From assembly GCA_051984395.1 (NCBI GenBank), contig JBPYEZ010000123.1, forward strand, positions 3,227-67,226: a DNA stretch of 64,000 nt, written 5' to 3'. How positions within the stretch are numbered: the first letter of the stretch is position 1; each line of letters opens with the position of its first letter. Below are positions 8,118 to 17,594 of the stretch, one piece after another. The DNA is from Acidimicrobiales bacterium. Its GTDB lineage: Bacteria; Actinomycetota; Acidimicrobiia; Acidimicrobiales; AC-9. The notes under the pieces are model-generated. The model worked only from the letters and a program-made list of their open reading frames with translations. It searched no databases and was not told the origin of the DNA. A program made the position numbers and the translations under genes.

Positions 8118-9722
8118 TTGCAGACGCTCAATGACACCGACACGGGGTCTTCGCGTGCCCGGCGCCGACGGACGCGTGAGTCGACCCGTCGTCAGCGCCG
8201 TTTCAAGCGGACGATCATCATCGTCGCCACGGCGGCGTTCGTGCTTCTGGGATCGATCTTCGGCTACCTCTGGTTCCTGAACAGCGAGATCCACCGCGTG
8301 AAGGTGAGGGGCCTGGGGAGCTCGCCAACGGCCGGGGCCATCAAGAACACCGAGAACATCCTCCTCGTCGGCTCGACGGACCGCTGCGCGCTCAAGCAGC
8401 AGAACACGGCCTTCGGGCTCTGCTCCCAGGGAGTGACCGGGATCAACAGCGACGTCGTGATGATCCTCCACCTCGACCCCAACGCGCACCGACTGTCCAT
8501 CCTGTCCATCCCCCGTGACACGTTCGTGCCGAACGCGCGGAGCACGGGGGCCAACAAGATCGACGCCGCCCTGTACCAGGGACCGAGCCAGCTCGTGAGC
8601 GCGATCCAGACCGACTTCGGCATCCCCATCAACCACTACGTGGAGCTCAACTTCGACACCTTCGCCGGCGTCGTGGATGCACTTGGCGGTATCCGGATGT
8701 ACTTCCCGATGCCGCTGTACGACAGCCTGGCCAGCCTCAACGTCCCGACGGCGGGTTGTCAGACCCTCAACGGCTTCCAGGCCCTCGCCGGTGTGAGGGC
8801 TCGTCATCTGCAGTACAAGCCGCCCGGGGTCACCAGCACCGATCCCCGCAGCTGGCCCCAGGACCCCGAGAGCGACCTGAGCCGGATCCGGCGGGACCAC
8901 GAGTTCATCCGGGTGCTCGCCAGCGCCGTCTCCAAGCGAGGCCTCGGCAACCCGTTCACCGACCGGGCGCTCGTCGCCTCGATCGCCCCCAACCTCCAGG
9001 TCGACACGAGCATGTCGGTGGGAGACATGGTGAGCCTCGTGCTGAAGTACCACACCATCGACCCGATGAGCGCGCCACAGCTCACGCTCCCGGTCACCGT
9101 GAACAACAGCCTTTCCTACGACTACCAGGGCACCGACTACGGCAACGTCGAGTTCCCCAACCAGCCAGCCGATCAGCAGGTCATCGACCAGTTCCTGGGC
9201 GAGAAGCCGTTCACCGACGCCATGACGGGGAAGGCGCTGCCGCTGCCGTCATCGGTCAACGTGGCAGTCCTCTCCGGCACCGGGGAGCCCAGTCAGGCGG
9301 CGACGGCCGCGGCCGAGCTCCAGGTGCTCGGCTTCCACACCTCGACCACCGGCACCGGCACCTACCAGGGCCCGCTCTCGGAGACGGTCGTGACCTACTC
9401 GTCCCCCTCCAGCGAGGCGGCGGCGCAGACGGTCGCCCACAACCTGTCCGGCGCCGTGGTGCTGGCCCAGGGGCCGACCCCACCGGGCACCGACGTCAGC
9501 GTGACCACGGGATCGGACTTCACCGTGAACCAACCGCCGGCGCCGAGCCCACCACCCGCCGCCGGGCCCTCCGCGAGCGCCTCCCCTTCGACGACCACGA
9601 CCAGCACGCCGGCAGGCACGTCAACGACGAGCAACCAGCTGGGCGCCCCCACACCGGCGACCACGCCCCTGGCGCCGTTCGACCCCCGCTCGTGCACGCC
9701 CTCCGGTGGACCGGGACCCTAG
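8118..9722 (+). CDS. LCP (LytR-CpsA-Psr) family glycopolymer ligase with LytR_C domain and Pro/Thr-rich tail
   Basis: There is an N-terminal Arg-rich segment plus a TM helix. LCP motifs NILLVGSTDR, SDVVMILHLDP...LSILSIPRD and SRIRRDHEFIR are present, followed by LytR_C (VNVAVLSGTGEPSQAATAAAELQVLGF). TTG start at 8118 is uncertain. Confidence 0.9.
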   Translation: MQTLNDTDTGSSRARRRRTRESTRRQRRFKRTIIIVATAAFVLLGSIFGYLWFLNSEIHRVKVRGLGSSPTAGAIKNTENILLVGSTDRCALKQQNTAFGLCSQGVTGINSDVVMILHLDPNAHRLSILSIPRDTFVPNARSTGANKIDAALYQGPSQLVSAIQTDFGIPINHYVELNFDTFAGVVDALGGIRMYFPMPLYDSLASLNVPTAGCQTLNGFQALAGVRARHLQYKPPGVTSTDPRSWPQDPESDLSRIRRDHEFIRVLASAVSKRGLGNPFTDRALVASIAPNLQVDTSMSVGDMVSLVLKYHTIDPMSAPQLTLPVTVNNSLSYDYQGTDYGNVEFPNQPADQQVIDQFLGEKPFTDAMTGKALPLPSSVNVAVLSGTGEPSQAATAAAELQVLGFHTSTTGTGTYQGPLSETVVTYSSPSSEAAAQTVAHNLSGAVVLAQGPTPPGTDVSVTTGSDFTVNQPPAPSPPPAAGPSASASPSTTTTSTPAGTSTTSNQLGAPTPATTPLAPFDPRSCTPSGGPGP

Positions 9723-9755
9723 GTCCGTTCGCCGCGGGCGCGCAGGGTCCAGGCC

Positions 9756-10559
9756 GTGACCAGCTATCCTCTCGCCCCGATGGCAATGGGAACGGCGATG
9801 GACGGATGCCGGCTGGAGCATTGCGGGGCGAAGGACGTCGTCCTCGCCGCCAGCCAGGTGGAGGGATGGCTCACTGACGAGCAGGCGCATCAGCTGTGGC
9901 ACTCGGCGTCGCCACTCGAGCCGAAACAGCGAATCGTGGAGATCGGCAGCTTTCGGGGCCGATCCACCATTGCGCTGGCGTTGGCGGCGGCCGAGGGGGT
10001 CGAGATCCTGGCCATCGACCCCCACAGCGGGGTGGACCGGGCGCCGCAGGAGAGCACCCTCAACCTGGAGGTCGGCGCTGAGGACGCCCAGGTCTTCGCC
10101 AGCAACCTGCGTCGCTTCGGGGTGACCGACAGGGTCAACCACATCCAGAAGGAGTCGTTGCACGCGCTCGACGACGTGCCCCGGCCCATCGACGTGCTCT
10201 TCATCGACGGTGCCCACGGGTTCAGAGCTGCCCGGCAGGACATCATCTTCTACGGCGATCTCGTGCCCGACGGGGGCACCATGCTCATCCACGACTCGTT
10301 CTCGTCCCTCGGAGTCACCCTCGCCCTGATGGCGACTCTCTTCGGCAGCGGGCGGTTCCGCTACGCCGGTCGCACCGGCTCTCTCGCGGTCTACCTCCGG
10401 GCCGATCTGGCTCCCGCCGATCGGCTCCGCAACTGCGGGCTCCAGATCGCCCAGCTCCGCTGGTTCGTTCGAAACGTCGTGATCAAGGGGCTCGTCCTGC
10501 TGCGCCAGAAGCGTCTCGTCAGAGCGCTGGGCCACACCACGGGCCCCTGGCCCTTCTGA
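9756..10559 (+). CDS. Class I SAM-dependent methyltransferase (Methyltransf_24-like)
   Basis: IVEIGSFRGRSTIALA, ILAIDPH and DVLFIDGAHGFRAARQDI...GGTMLIHD are present. The start may instead be the internal ATG at 9780. Confidence 0.8.
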   Translation: MTSYPLAPMAMGTAMDGCRLEHCGAKDVVLAASQVEGWLTDEQAHQLWHSASPLEPKQRIVEIGSFRGRSTIALALAAAEGVEILAIDPHSGVDRAPQESTLNLEVGAEDAQVFASNLRRFGVTDRVNHIQKESLHALDDVPRPIDVLFIDGAHGFRAARQDIIFYGDLVPDGGTMLIHDSFSSLGVTLALMATLFGSGRFRYAGRTGSLAVYLRADLAPADRLRNCGLQIAQLRWFVRNVVIKGLVLLRQKRLVRALGHTTGPWPF

Positions 10560-10678
10560 GCGCCGGCTCGACTCCGGCCGACCCGGTCCCGGGCCAGGCG
10601 CGGTTTCTGTGCACCTGAGGGGGGGTAGACGCATGGACGCTGATCCCGCGAAGGATCATGACAGCAAGGAGGATGACT

Positions 10679-11836
10679 ATGGGTCCTCCCAAGCGAACAC
10701 GCTGGGGGCTCTTCGCACCCGTCGCCGTGTTGGCCCTCGTGGCCGCGGCGTGCGGATCGAGCTCCACCACTGGCTCGGGGGCGAGCGGGGGTGGAGCGGT
10801 GAGGATCGGGTACTTCGGTGCTCTCACCGGGAACAACTCACCGCAGCTCGGCATCAACATCAACAACGGCGTCAAGCTCGCCGTCCAGCAGTACAACGCC
10901 AAGGGTCAGGGGCCGAAGGTGATCCTGGCCGAGTACGACAGCCAGGGTGATCCCGCCCAGGCGCCCCAGCTCGCCCAGAAGGTGATCAGCGACCACACCG
11001 TCGGCGTGGTCGGACCAGCGTTCTCCGGCGAGTCGAAGGTGGCCGACCCGATCTTCCAGCAGGGCCAGGTCGTCAACGTGACACCGTCGGCGACCAACCC
11101 CACCCTGGCGACTCACGGGTGGACGTACTGGCACCGGGCGGTCGGCAACGACAACTCACAGGGCCCGGCGGCCGCCACCTACATCGCCAACAAGCTGAAC
11201 GACAAGAGAGTCGCCGTCATCGACGACAACAGTGAGTACGGCAAGGGGATCGCTGACATCGTGGCCTCGTCGCTGCCCAAGAGCGGCGGAACCGTGCCCG
11301 TTCGGGACCACATCGACCCCAAGGCGACCGACTACTCGGCGACGATCAACGCCATCAACGTGGGCAACGTCAACGCCGTCTTCTACGGCGGCTACTACCA
11401 GCAGGCCGGGCCGTTGGTGAAGCAGCTGCGCGACGCCGGCAACAAGGCGACGTTCGTCTCCGATGACGGCACCAACGATCCTGGCTTCGTGGCCGCCGGC
11501 GGTCCCGCCGCCGCCAACTCGTACGTGACCTGTCCGTGCGTTCCGACGCCGTCGACGCCAGCCGGACAGGCCTTCGCCAGCGCGTACCAGGGCGCCAACA
11601 ACGCCGCGCCGGGCACGTACTCGGCCCAGGGCTACGACGCCGCCAACCTCATACTGGCCGCCATCAAAGCCGGGAACACCACGGGCAAGGCCATCAACTC
11701 CTACCTGGCCACCCACTCCTACGACGGAGTCACGGGGACGCTGAAGTTCAACCCGCAGGGCGAGATCAGCGCACCGCAGATCGAGGCGTACGAGGTGCAG
11801 AACGGGGCCCTCACTCCCGTCGGAGTGATCTCCTAG
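10679..11836 (+). CDS. Branched-chain amino acid ABC transporter substrate-binding lipoprotein (LivK/LivJ-like)
   Basis: AAGGAGG (10666-10672) lies 6 nt before the ATG at 10679; ATG at 10658 is in frame. The lipobox is LALVAAACGS. The fold is type-I periplasmic-binding (IGYFGALTG, VVGPAFSGES). Confidence 0.9.
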   Translation: MGPPKRTRWGLFAPVAVLALVAAACGSSSTTGSGASGGGAVRIGYFGALTGNNSPQLGININNGVKLAVQQYNAKGQGPKVILAEYDSQGDPAQAPQLAQKVISDHTVGVVGPAFSGESKVADPIFQQGQVVNVTPSATNPTLATHGWTYWHRAVGNDNSQGPAAATYIANKLNDKRVAVIDDNSEYGKGIADIVASSLPKSGGTVPVRDHIDPKATDYSATINAINVGNVNAVFYGGYYQQAGPLVKQLRDAGNKATFVSDDGTNDPGFVAAGGPAAANSYVTCPCVPTPSTPAGQAFASAYQGANNAAPGTYSAQGYDAANLILAAIKAGNTTGKAINSYLATHSYDGVTGTLKFNPQGEISAPQIEAYEVQNGALTPVGVIS

Positions 11837-11919
11837 CTGCCTCCCTCGGCGGTGTCCATGCACACGACCGGAGGGGGAAGGTGCCGACCCTCTCCCTCCG
11901 GCCGATGGGGTGGTAGCTG

Positions 11920-12855
11920 ATGCACCACTTCGTCACCCTGTTCTGGTCCTCGACGATCGACGGCATCACCATCGGTGCCATCTACGCCCTCGTGGCCCTC
12001 GGCTACACCCTCGTCTACGGAGTGCTCCAGCTCATCAACTTCGCCCACTCCGAGGTGTTCATGGTTGGGACGTTCGCCAGCCTGTTCACGCTGCACGGTC
12101 TGGGTGTGACCGGCCCGCAGACGGGTCTGGCCCTCGTCGGCGTCCTCCTCGTGTGCGGGCTGGCGGCGATGGCCGGCTCGGCGACGACCGCCTTCCTGCT
12201 GGAGCGCGTCGCCTACCGGCCTCTGCGCCGCCGGACGACGTCCCGACTGGCCGCCCTGATCTCGGCCATCGGCGCCTCGTTCTTCATCCAGGAGGTCTTC
12301 GCCCTCCGGTACGGGCGCGACATCCTGCCGTTCCCGAGGATCATGAACAAGACGGTGCTGTTCCACATCGGCTCGGGCGAGGTTCGCACCGACAAGGTCC
12401 TCGTCGTGGTGGCCGCCGTCGTGATGATGTTCCTGCTCGACCGCTTCGTGGGCACGAGCCGCCTGGGTCGGGGCATCCGCGCCACCGCTCAGGACCCGGA
12501 GATGGCAGTCCTGATGGGAGTGAACATCGATCGGGTCGTGGTGATGACCTTCATCCTGGGCGGGCTGATGGCCGGCGTGGCCGCCCTGCTGTTCGGCACC
12601 TTCTTCGAGGTCACCCAGTACAACATCGGCTTCCTGCTCGGCATCAAGGCCTTCACCGCCGCCGTGCTGGGAGGGATCGGCAACCTCAGGGGAGCGCTCG
12701 CGGGCGGTTTCGCCCTCGGCCTCATCGAGTCCTACGGGGCCAGCATCTTCGGAGCCGAGTGGAAGGACGTCATCGCCTTCGTGGTCCTGGTCCTGGTCCT
12801 TCTGGTCCGGCCCACGGGCCTGCTGGGCGAGCAGCTGGCGAGGAGCAGGATATGA
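11920..12855 (+). CDS. livH: Branched-chain amino acid ABC transporter permease LivH
   Basis: GAIYALVALGYTLVYGVLQLINFAHSEVFMVG and IKAFTAAVLGGIGNLRGALAGGF match LivH. Confidence 0.92.
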   Translation: MHHFVTLFWSSTIDGITIGAIYALVALGYTLVYGVLQLINFAHSEVFMVGTFASLFTLHGLGVTGPQTGLALVGVLLVCGLAAMAGSATTAFLLERVAYRPLRRRTTSRLAALISAIGASFFIQEVFALRYGRDILPFPRIMNKTVLFHIGSGEVRTDKVLVVVAAVVMMFLLDRFVGTSRLGRGIRATAQDPEMAVLMGVNIDRVVVMTFILGGLMAGVAALLFGTFFEVTQYNIGFLLGIKAFTAAVLGGIGNLRGALAGGFALGLIESYGASIFGAEWKDVIAFVVLVLVLLVRPTGLLGEQLARSRI

Positions 12856-14090
12856 GGGTCCTCCGCCGACCCGCCCCTCCCAGCCCAGACGAGGGGAGCC
12901 GGCGGGCCCAGGCCCTCGCCCGCCCGTGGCGCCCGTTCGACCGGCCCCGGCGACGGGTGGCAGCTCTCAGATCCTCGCTGGCCCGCCGGCGCGCTGCGGC
13001 CGTCGCCTGGCGGGCCGGCCTCCCCGACATCACGAGTCCCCTCGCCCGTGCCTGGAGCCGGCTCCCCCGCTGGAGCAGGTGGGGAGTCGGCTTCGGAGTC
13101 ATCGTGCTGGCCGTGCTCGCTCCAGCTGACGCGGTGGGCCAGATCATGGCGCCAGCCAGCGACTGGAAGACGCTGCTCTTCTACCCGATCGGCATCTTCG
13201 TGCTCCTGGCGGTGGGGCTCAACGTCGTCGTCGGCCAGGCCGGCATCCTCGACCTCGGGTACGTGGCCTTCTTCGCCATCGGCGGGTACACGATGGCGCT
13301 CCTGGGCGTCGACGTCGGCCTCGACTTCTGGATCATCCTGCCCACCGCGGTCGTCCTGTGCGCCGTGTCGGGGCTGGTCCTCGGCGCGCCTGCCCTGCGT
13401 CTCCGGGGCGACTACCTGGCCATCGTGACCCTGGGTTTCGGTGAGATCATTCGGATCTCGGCCACGAACGCCAGCTGGACCGGCGGGCCGAGGGGTATCG
13501 CCGAGATCCCTCACCCACCCGACATCGGGCACCTGAACGCCTTCACCTACGGGGTGCTCGACCCCCGCCCGTACTACTACCTCGTGCTGGGCATGATCGT
13601 GCTCGTCATCCTCGTCGCCCGCCGACTGGAGCGCAGCCGGGTCGGTCGAGCCTGGGCCGCCATCCGCGAGGACGAGGACGCCGCCGCCCTCATGGGAGTG
13701 CCAACCTTTCGGTTCAAGCTGTGGGCGTTCGCCATCGGAGGCACCATCGGCGGCAGCGCGGGGGTCATGTTCGCCGCCAAGAACATCGCCATCACCCCCG
13801 ACAACTTCCCCCTGCTGCTGTCGATCCTGGTGCTCTCGGCCGTCGTCCTCGGGGGATCGGGCAACCTGCCCGGTGTGATCCTGGGCGCGTTCCTCGTGGC
13901 CTGGCTGCCCGAGCGCTTTCGCGGACTGGCTGACTATCGGGTCCTCGTGTTCGGCGCGGCCCTCGTGGTCATGATGATCTTCCGTCCCGAAGGGATCCTG
14001 CCATCACGGCGACGTCGATCGAGCCTGAGAACGGGAGGCGCCTCGGGGTCGGCGCCGACGGCGCTCGTCGAACAGGAGGAGAAGACCTGA
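12852..14090 (+). CDS. livM: Branched-chain amino acid ABC transporter permease LivM (with Arg-rich N-terminal extension)
   Basis: ATGA overlap with the livH stop. LAVGLNVVVGQAGILDLGYVAFFAIGGY and LRGDYLAIVTLGFGEIIR match LivM. The upstream 314 codons of the track ORF 11910-14090 are an artefactual read-through frame. Confidence 0.9.
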   Translation: MRVLRRPAPPSPDEGSRRAQALARPWRPFDRPRRRVAALRSSLARRRAAAVAWRAGLPDITSPLARAWSRLPRWSRWGVGFGVIVLAVLAPADAVGQIMAPASDWKTLLFYPIGIFVLLAVGLNVVVGQAGILDLGYVAFFAIGGYTMALLGVDVGLDFWIILPTAVVLCAVSGLVLGAPALRLRGDYLAIVTLGFGEIIRISATNASWTGGPRGIAEIPHPPDIGHLNAFTYGVLDPRPYYYLVLGMIVLVILVARRLERSRVGRAWAAIREDEDAAALMGVPTFRFKLWAFAIGGTIGGSAGVMFAAKNIAITPDNFPLLLSILVLSAVVLGGSGNLPGVILGAFLVAWLPERFRGLADYRVLVFGAALVVMMIFRPEGILPSRRRRSSLRTGGASGSAPTALVEQEEKT

Positions 14091-14092
14091 CC

Positions 14093-14866
14093 GTGGACCG
14101 TCTGCTGGAGCTCACCGGCGTGACGGTCCGCTTCGGCGGGCTCGTCGCCGTGGCCGACCTCGATCTGCACGTCGACCAGGGTGAGATCTTCTCCCTCATC
14201 GGACCGAACGGAGCGGGCAAGACGACGGTGTTCAACGTCTTGACGGGGGTCTACCAGCCGGCGGAAGGATCGCTCACCCTCTCGGGCCAGTCGCTGCGGG
14301 GGCGCAAGCGGCATCAGGTCGCCCGTCTCGGCGTGGCCCGGACGTTCCAGAACCTCCGTCTGTTCGGCAACATGTCGGCGCTGGAGAACGTGATGGTCGG
14401 AGCGGACGCCCGTCACCGTACGGGCATCCCGGGCGCCGTGCTCGGTCTGCCCACCCACCGGGCCGAGGAGCGGGAGGGCCGGGCGGCCGCCATGGAGCAC
14501 CTGGAGCTGGTGGGCATCGCCGACCTCGCCGGCGAGGCCGCCAGCAACCTCTCCTATGGTGACCAACGGCGACTCGAGATCGCCCGTGCCCTGGCCACCG
14601 AGCCCCGCCTGCTCCTGCTCGACGAGCCGACCGCGGGCATGAACCCACCGGAGAAGCGGGCGCTGCAGGCGCTGGTGCGGGGCATTCGAGACCGGGGCAT
14701 CACGGTGCTGCTCATCGAGCACGACATGAGCGTGGTGATGACCATCAGCGACCGGGTGGCCGTGCTCGACTTCGGGCGCAAGATCGCCGAGGGGCTTCCC
14801 TCCGAGGTGCGCACCGACCCGGCTGTCATCACCGCCTATCTCGGGGCACCCACCGATGCTGCTTGA
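14093..14866 (+). CDS. livG: Branched-chain amino acid ABC transporter ATP-binding protein LivG
   Basis: Walker A is GPNGAGKTT, the signature is LSYGDQRRLEIARAL, and Walker B is LLLLDEP. Confidence 0.92.
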   Translation: MDRLLELTGVTVRFGGLVAVADLDLHVDQGEIFSLIGPNGAGKTTVFNVLTGVYQPAEGSLTLSGQSLRGRKRHQVARLGVARTFQNLRLFGNMSALENVMVGADARHRTGIPGAVLGLPTHRAEEREGRAAAMEHLELVGIADLAGEAASNLSYGDQRRLEIARALATEPRLLLLDEPTAGMNPPEKRALQALVRGIRDRGITVLLIEHDMSVVMTISDRVAVLDFGRKIAEGLPSEVRTDPAVITAYLGAPTDAA

Positions 14867-15575
14867 GGTCGAGTCGATCCACGTGCACTACGGCAAGGTC
14901 GAAGCGCTGAAAGGCGTCTCCCTGGCGGTCGCAGAGGGCGAGATCGTGAGCCTCATCGGGGCCAACGGGGCGGGCAAGACCACGGTGCTGCGAACCATCT
15001 CCGGCCTGCGCCGGGTGACGTCCGGTCGTATCCGGTTCGAGGACGAGGACATCACCCACCTCCCCGGCCATCGCCGCGTCGCCGCCGGCCTGTGCCAGGT
15101 GCCCGAGGGTCGGGGGATCTTCCCGGGCATGTCCGTGATGGAGAACCTCGAGATGGGTGCCTACGGGCGCCCGACGAGGAGCCACCTCTCCGAGGACTAC
15201 GAGCGGGCCTTCAGCCTCTTCCCCCGGCTTTCGGACCGGCGAAAGCAGGCGGGCGGGACGCTCTCGGGCGGCGAGCAGCAGATGCTCGCCATCGCCCGCG
15301 CGCTCATGGCCCGGCCGCGCCTGGTGATGCTCGACGAGCCGTCGATGGGCCTCGCCCCGCTGCTGGTGACCCAGATCTTCGACATCATCGTCGAGATCAA
15401 CAAGCAGGGCACCACCGTGCTGCTGGTCGAGCAGAACGCGGCCCAGGCCCTGGCCCGAGCCCACCGGGCCTACGTCCTGGAGACGGGGAGGGTGGCGAAG
15501 ACCAGCGATGCGGCAACGCTGCTGGCCGACGACTCCGTCCGGTCGGCCTACCTGGGCGTCGACTCCACAGGTTGA
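14856..15575 (+). CDS. livF: Branched-chain amino acid ABC transporter ATP-binding protein LivF
   Basis: Walker A is GANGAGKTT, the signature is LSGGEQQMLAIARAL, and Walker B is LVMLDEP. It overlaps livG by 11 nt. Confidence 0.92.
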   Translation: MLLEVESIHVHYGKVEALKGVSLAVAEGEIVSLIGANGAGKTTVLRTISGLRRVTSGRIRFEDEDITHLPGHRRVAAGLCQVPEGRGIFPGMSVMENLEMGAYGRPTRSHLSEDYERAFSLFPRLSDRRKQAGGTLSGGEQQMLAIARALMARPRLVMLDEPSMGLAPLLVTQIFDIIVEINKQGTTVLLVEQNAAQALARAHRAYVLETGRVAKTSDAATLLADDSVRSAYLGVDSTG

Positions 15576-16567
15576 CCGCCGCCGGCCGGCCTGACCACGA
15601 CCTTCCCGATCGTCCGCCGACTGCCGAGCAGCTCGAGCCCGGTGACGGCGTCGTCCAGGCCGAGCTCGGCGAACACCACCGGCGCGATCAGACCTTCACC
15701 GAACAGGCGCACGAGCTCTGTGTGACAGGCGGCGACGGCATCGGGATCGTGATCGAGATAGGCGCCCCAGTGGAGGCCGACGACGGCGTAGTTCTTCACC
15801 AGGATGTGGTTGGCAGGGACGTCGGGGATGCGGCCGCTGGCGAAGCCGATCACCAGCAGCCGACCCTCCCAGGCGATGACCTTCCTCGACCGGTCGAACG
15901 TGTCGCCACCGACGGGGTCGTAGACGACGTCGGCTCCGTGACCACCAGTGGCCCGTTTCACGACGGTGACGAAATCCTCGGTCGAGTAGTCGACGACGAC
16001 CTCGGCTCCGAGCCGACGGCACAGCTCGACCTTCTCGGCCCCGGCGGCGGTGGCGATGACCCGGGCCCCGGCGGCCACCCCGAGCTGCACCGCGGCCGAG
16101 CCCACTCCGCCGGCCGCGGCGTGGACGAGCAACCACTCACCGGGGCGCAGGGCAGCCCGACGGTGCAGCGCGAACCACGACGTCTGGTAGGAGATGTGCA
16201 TCGCCGCCGCCGATGCGTCATCGAGGTCGTCGGGGATCGGATAGGTGACCGCCGCCGGCGTGACCAGCTGCTCGGCCAGCCCGCCGTGCGGAAGACGAGG
16301 CACGGCGATGACCCGTTGGCCGACCGCCCGGTCGCGGACTCCTTCGCCGAGCGCCACGATCCGTCCGCTCGTCTCCAGCCCGGGGGTGAACGGCAGTGGG
16401 GGGCGCTGCTGGTACTGGCCCCGGCACAGCAGGATGTCGGCAAAATTGAGCCCGCAGACGGCGACCTCCACGGCCACCTCACCCGGGCCGGGAGAAGGCT
16501 CCTTGACGTCCTCGAGCCGGAGTGCGTCGGCGGGGTCGCCGAGCTGGTGGACGGTCCAGGCGCGCAC
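15548..16567 (-). CDS. NADPH:quinone oxidoreductase (zinc-type alcohol dehydrogenase superfamily)
   Basis: GTG at 16567. VCGLNFADILLCRGQYQ and the nucleotide-binding motif HAAAGGVGSAAVQL are present. Only the 3' third of track ORF 15548-17779 is credible. Confidence 0.88.
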   Translation of the reverse strand: MRAWTVHQLGDPADALRLEDVKEPSPGPGEVAVEVAVCGLNFADILLCRGQYQQRPPLPFTPGLETSGRIVALGEGVRDRAVGQRVIAVPRLPHGGLAEQLVTPAAVTYPIPDDLDDASAAAMHISYQTSWFALHRRAALRPGEWLLVHAAAGGVGSAAVQLGVAAGARVIATAAGAEKVELCRRLGAEVVVDYSTEDFVTVVKRATGGHGADVVYDPVGGDTFDRSRKVIAWEGRLLVIGFASGRIPDVPANHILVKNYAVVGLHWGAYLDHDPDAVAACHTELVRLFGEGLIAPVVFAELGLDDAVTGLELLGSRRTIGKVVVRPAGGGQPVESTPR

Positions 16568-16593
16568 GGCAGCCAGCTTGTCACCGCTCCCGG

Positions 16594-17571
16594 TCAGATG
16601 AGCGCGGCCATGAGCTCGGCCTGGGCCTGGGTCGATCCGAACACGGTGTCGAGGACCCGGGCCCGCTTCAGGTACAGGTGGGCGTCGACCTCCCACGTGA
16701 AGCCCATCCCCCCGTGCACCTGGATGCACGCCTTGCCGTTGGTCAGCGCCGCCTCGCCCGCCATCAGCTTGGCGGTGGCGACCGCCCGCCGCAGGTCCCC
16801 GACGCCCGGATCGTCGAGGTGCACGCCCGCGGCGTAGACCGCCGCCCTGGCCACCTCGGTGCGCACCAGCATGTCGGCCAGGATGTGCTTGACGGCCTGG
16901 AACGACCCGATCGGCCGATCGAACTGCTGTCGTTGCTTGGCGTAGCTCACGGCCATGTCGGTGACCGCCTCGGCCAGGCCGAGAAGAAGGGCGGCGGCCA
17001 AGGTCGCTCCCTCCAGGCGCCAGGCAGCGGCGACCTCGGGACCCGCCACCAGGACGCCCGGCGGCAGCTCCTGCACGGTGTGCATGGGCGTCAGGGGGTC
17101 GAGGGGGTGGGGCACCAGCTCGCCCTTCACCGCTGACGGGACGACCTCCCACACTCCGGCATCGTCCATCACCAGCAGCCCGTCCAGGACGGCGAGGTGC
17201 TCGACCAGCACCGGGGATCGCGGATCGGCCTGGCCCTGGCGCTCGATGCCACCGACCACCCGCTCCCCCGTCGCGGCCCCGTCGACCACCCCGGCACCGA
17301 GGTGGGTCCACAGCAAGGGTCCGGGCACGAGGGCCCGGCCGAGCTCCTCGAACACGAGGACGGCCTCGCAGCTCCCGAGGCCGACACCGCCGTCCTGCTC
17401 GCGCTGGCGCAGCGAGAACACGCCGGCCTCGGCCAGACGACGCCACAGACCCGGTTCGACGCCGCCGTGTTCCTCCAGCGAGCGGATGGTGGCCATCGGG
17501 TAGGCGCGGGCGCACAGCTTTCGCACCGCGTCCTGCAGCGCCTCCTGGTCCTCGTCGAGCTCGAAATCCAC
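16594..17571 (-). CDS. Acyl-CoA dehydrogenase family protein (short, ~325 aa; possible beta-type partner)
   Basis: GTG at 17571 is preceded by GGAAGCGAGG. FELDEDQEALQDAV..., QFDRPIGSFQAVKH and IQVHGGMGFTWEVDAHLYLKRAR are present. Confidence 0.85.
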   Translation of the reverse strand: MDFELDEDQEALQDAVRKLCARAYPMATIRSLEEHGGVEPGLWRRLAEAGVFSLRQREQDGGVGLGSCEAVLVFEELGRALVPGPLLWTHLGAGVVDGAATGERVVGGIERQGQADPRSPVLVEHLAVLDGLLVMDDAGVWEVVPSAVKGELVPHPLDPLTPMHTVQELPPGVLVAGPEVAAAWRLEGATLAAALLLGLAEAVTDMAVSYAKQRQQFDRPIGSFQAVKHILADMLVRTEVARAAVYAAGVHLDDPGVGDLRRAVATAKLMAGEAALTNGKACIQVHGGMGFTWEVDAHLYLKRARVLDTVFGSTQAQAELMAALI

Positions 17572-17594
17572 GTCTCGCCTCGCTTCCGAGCGGC

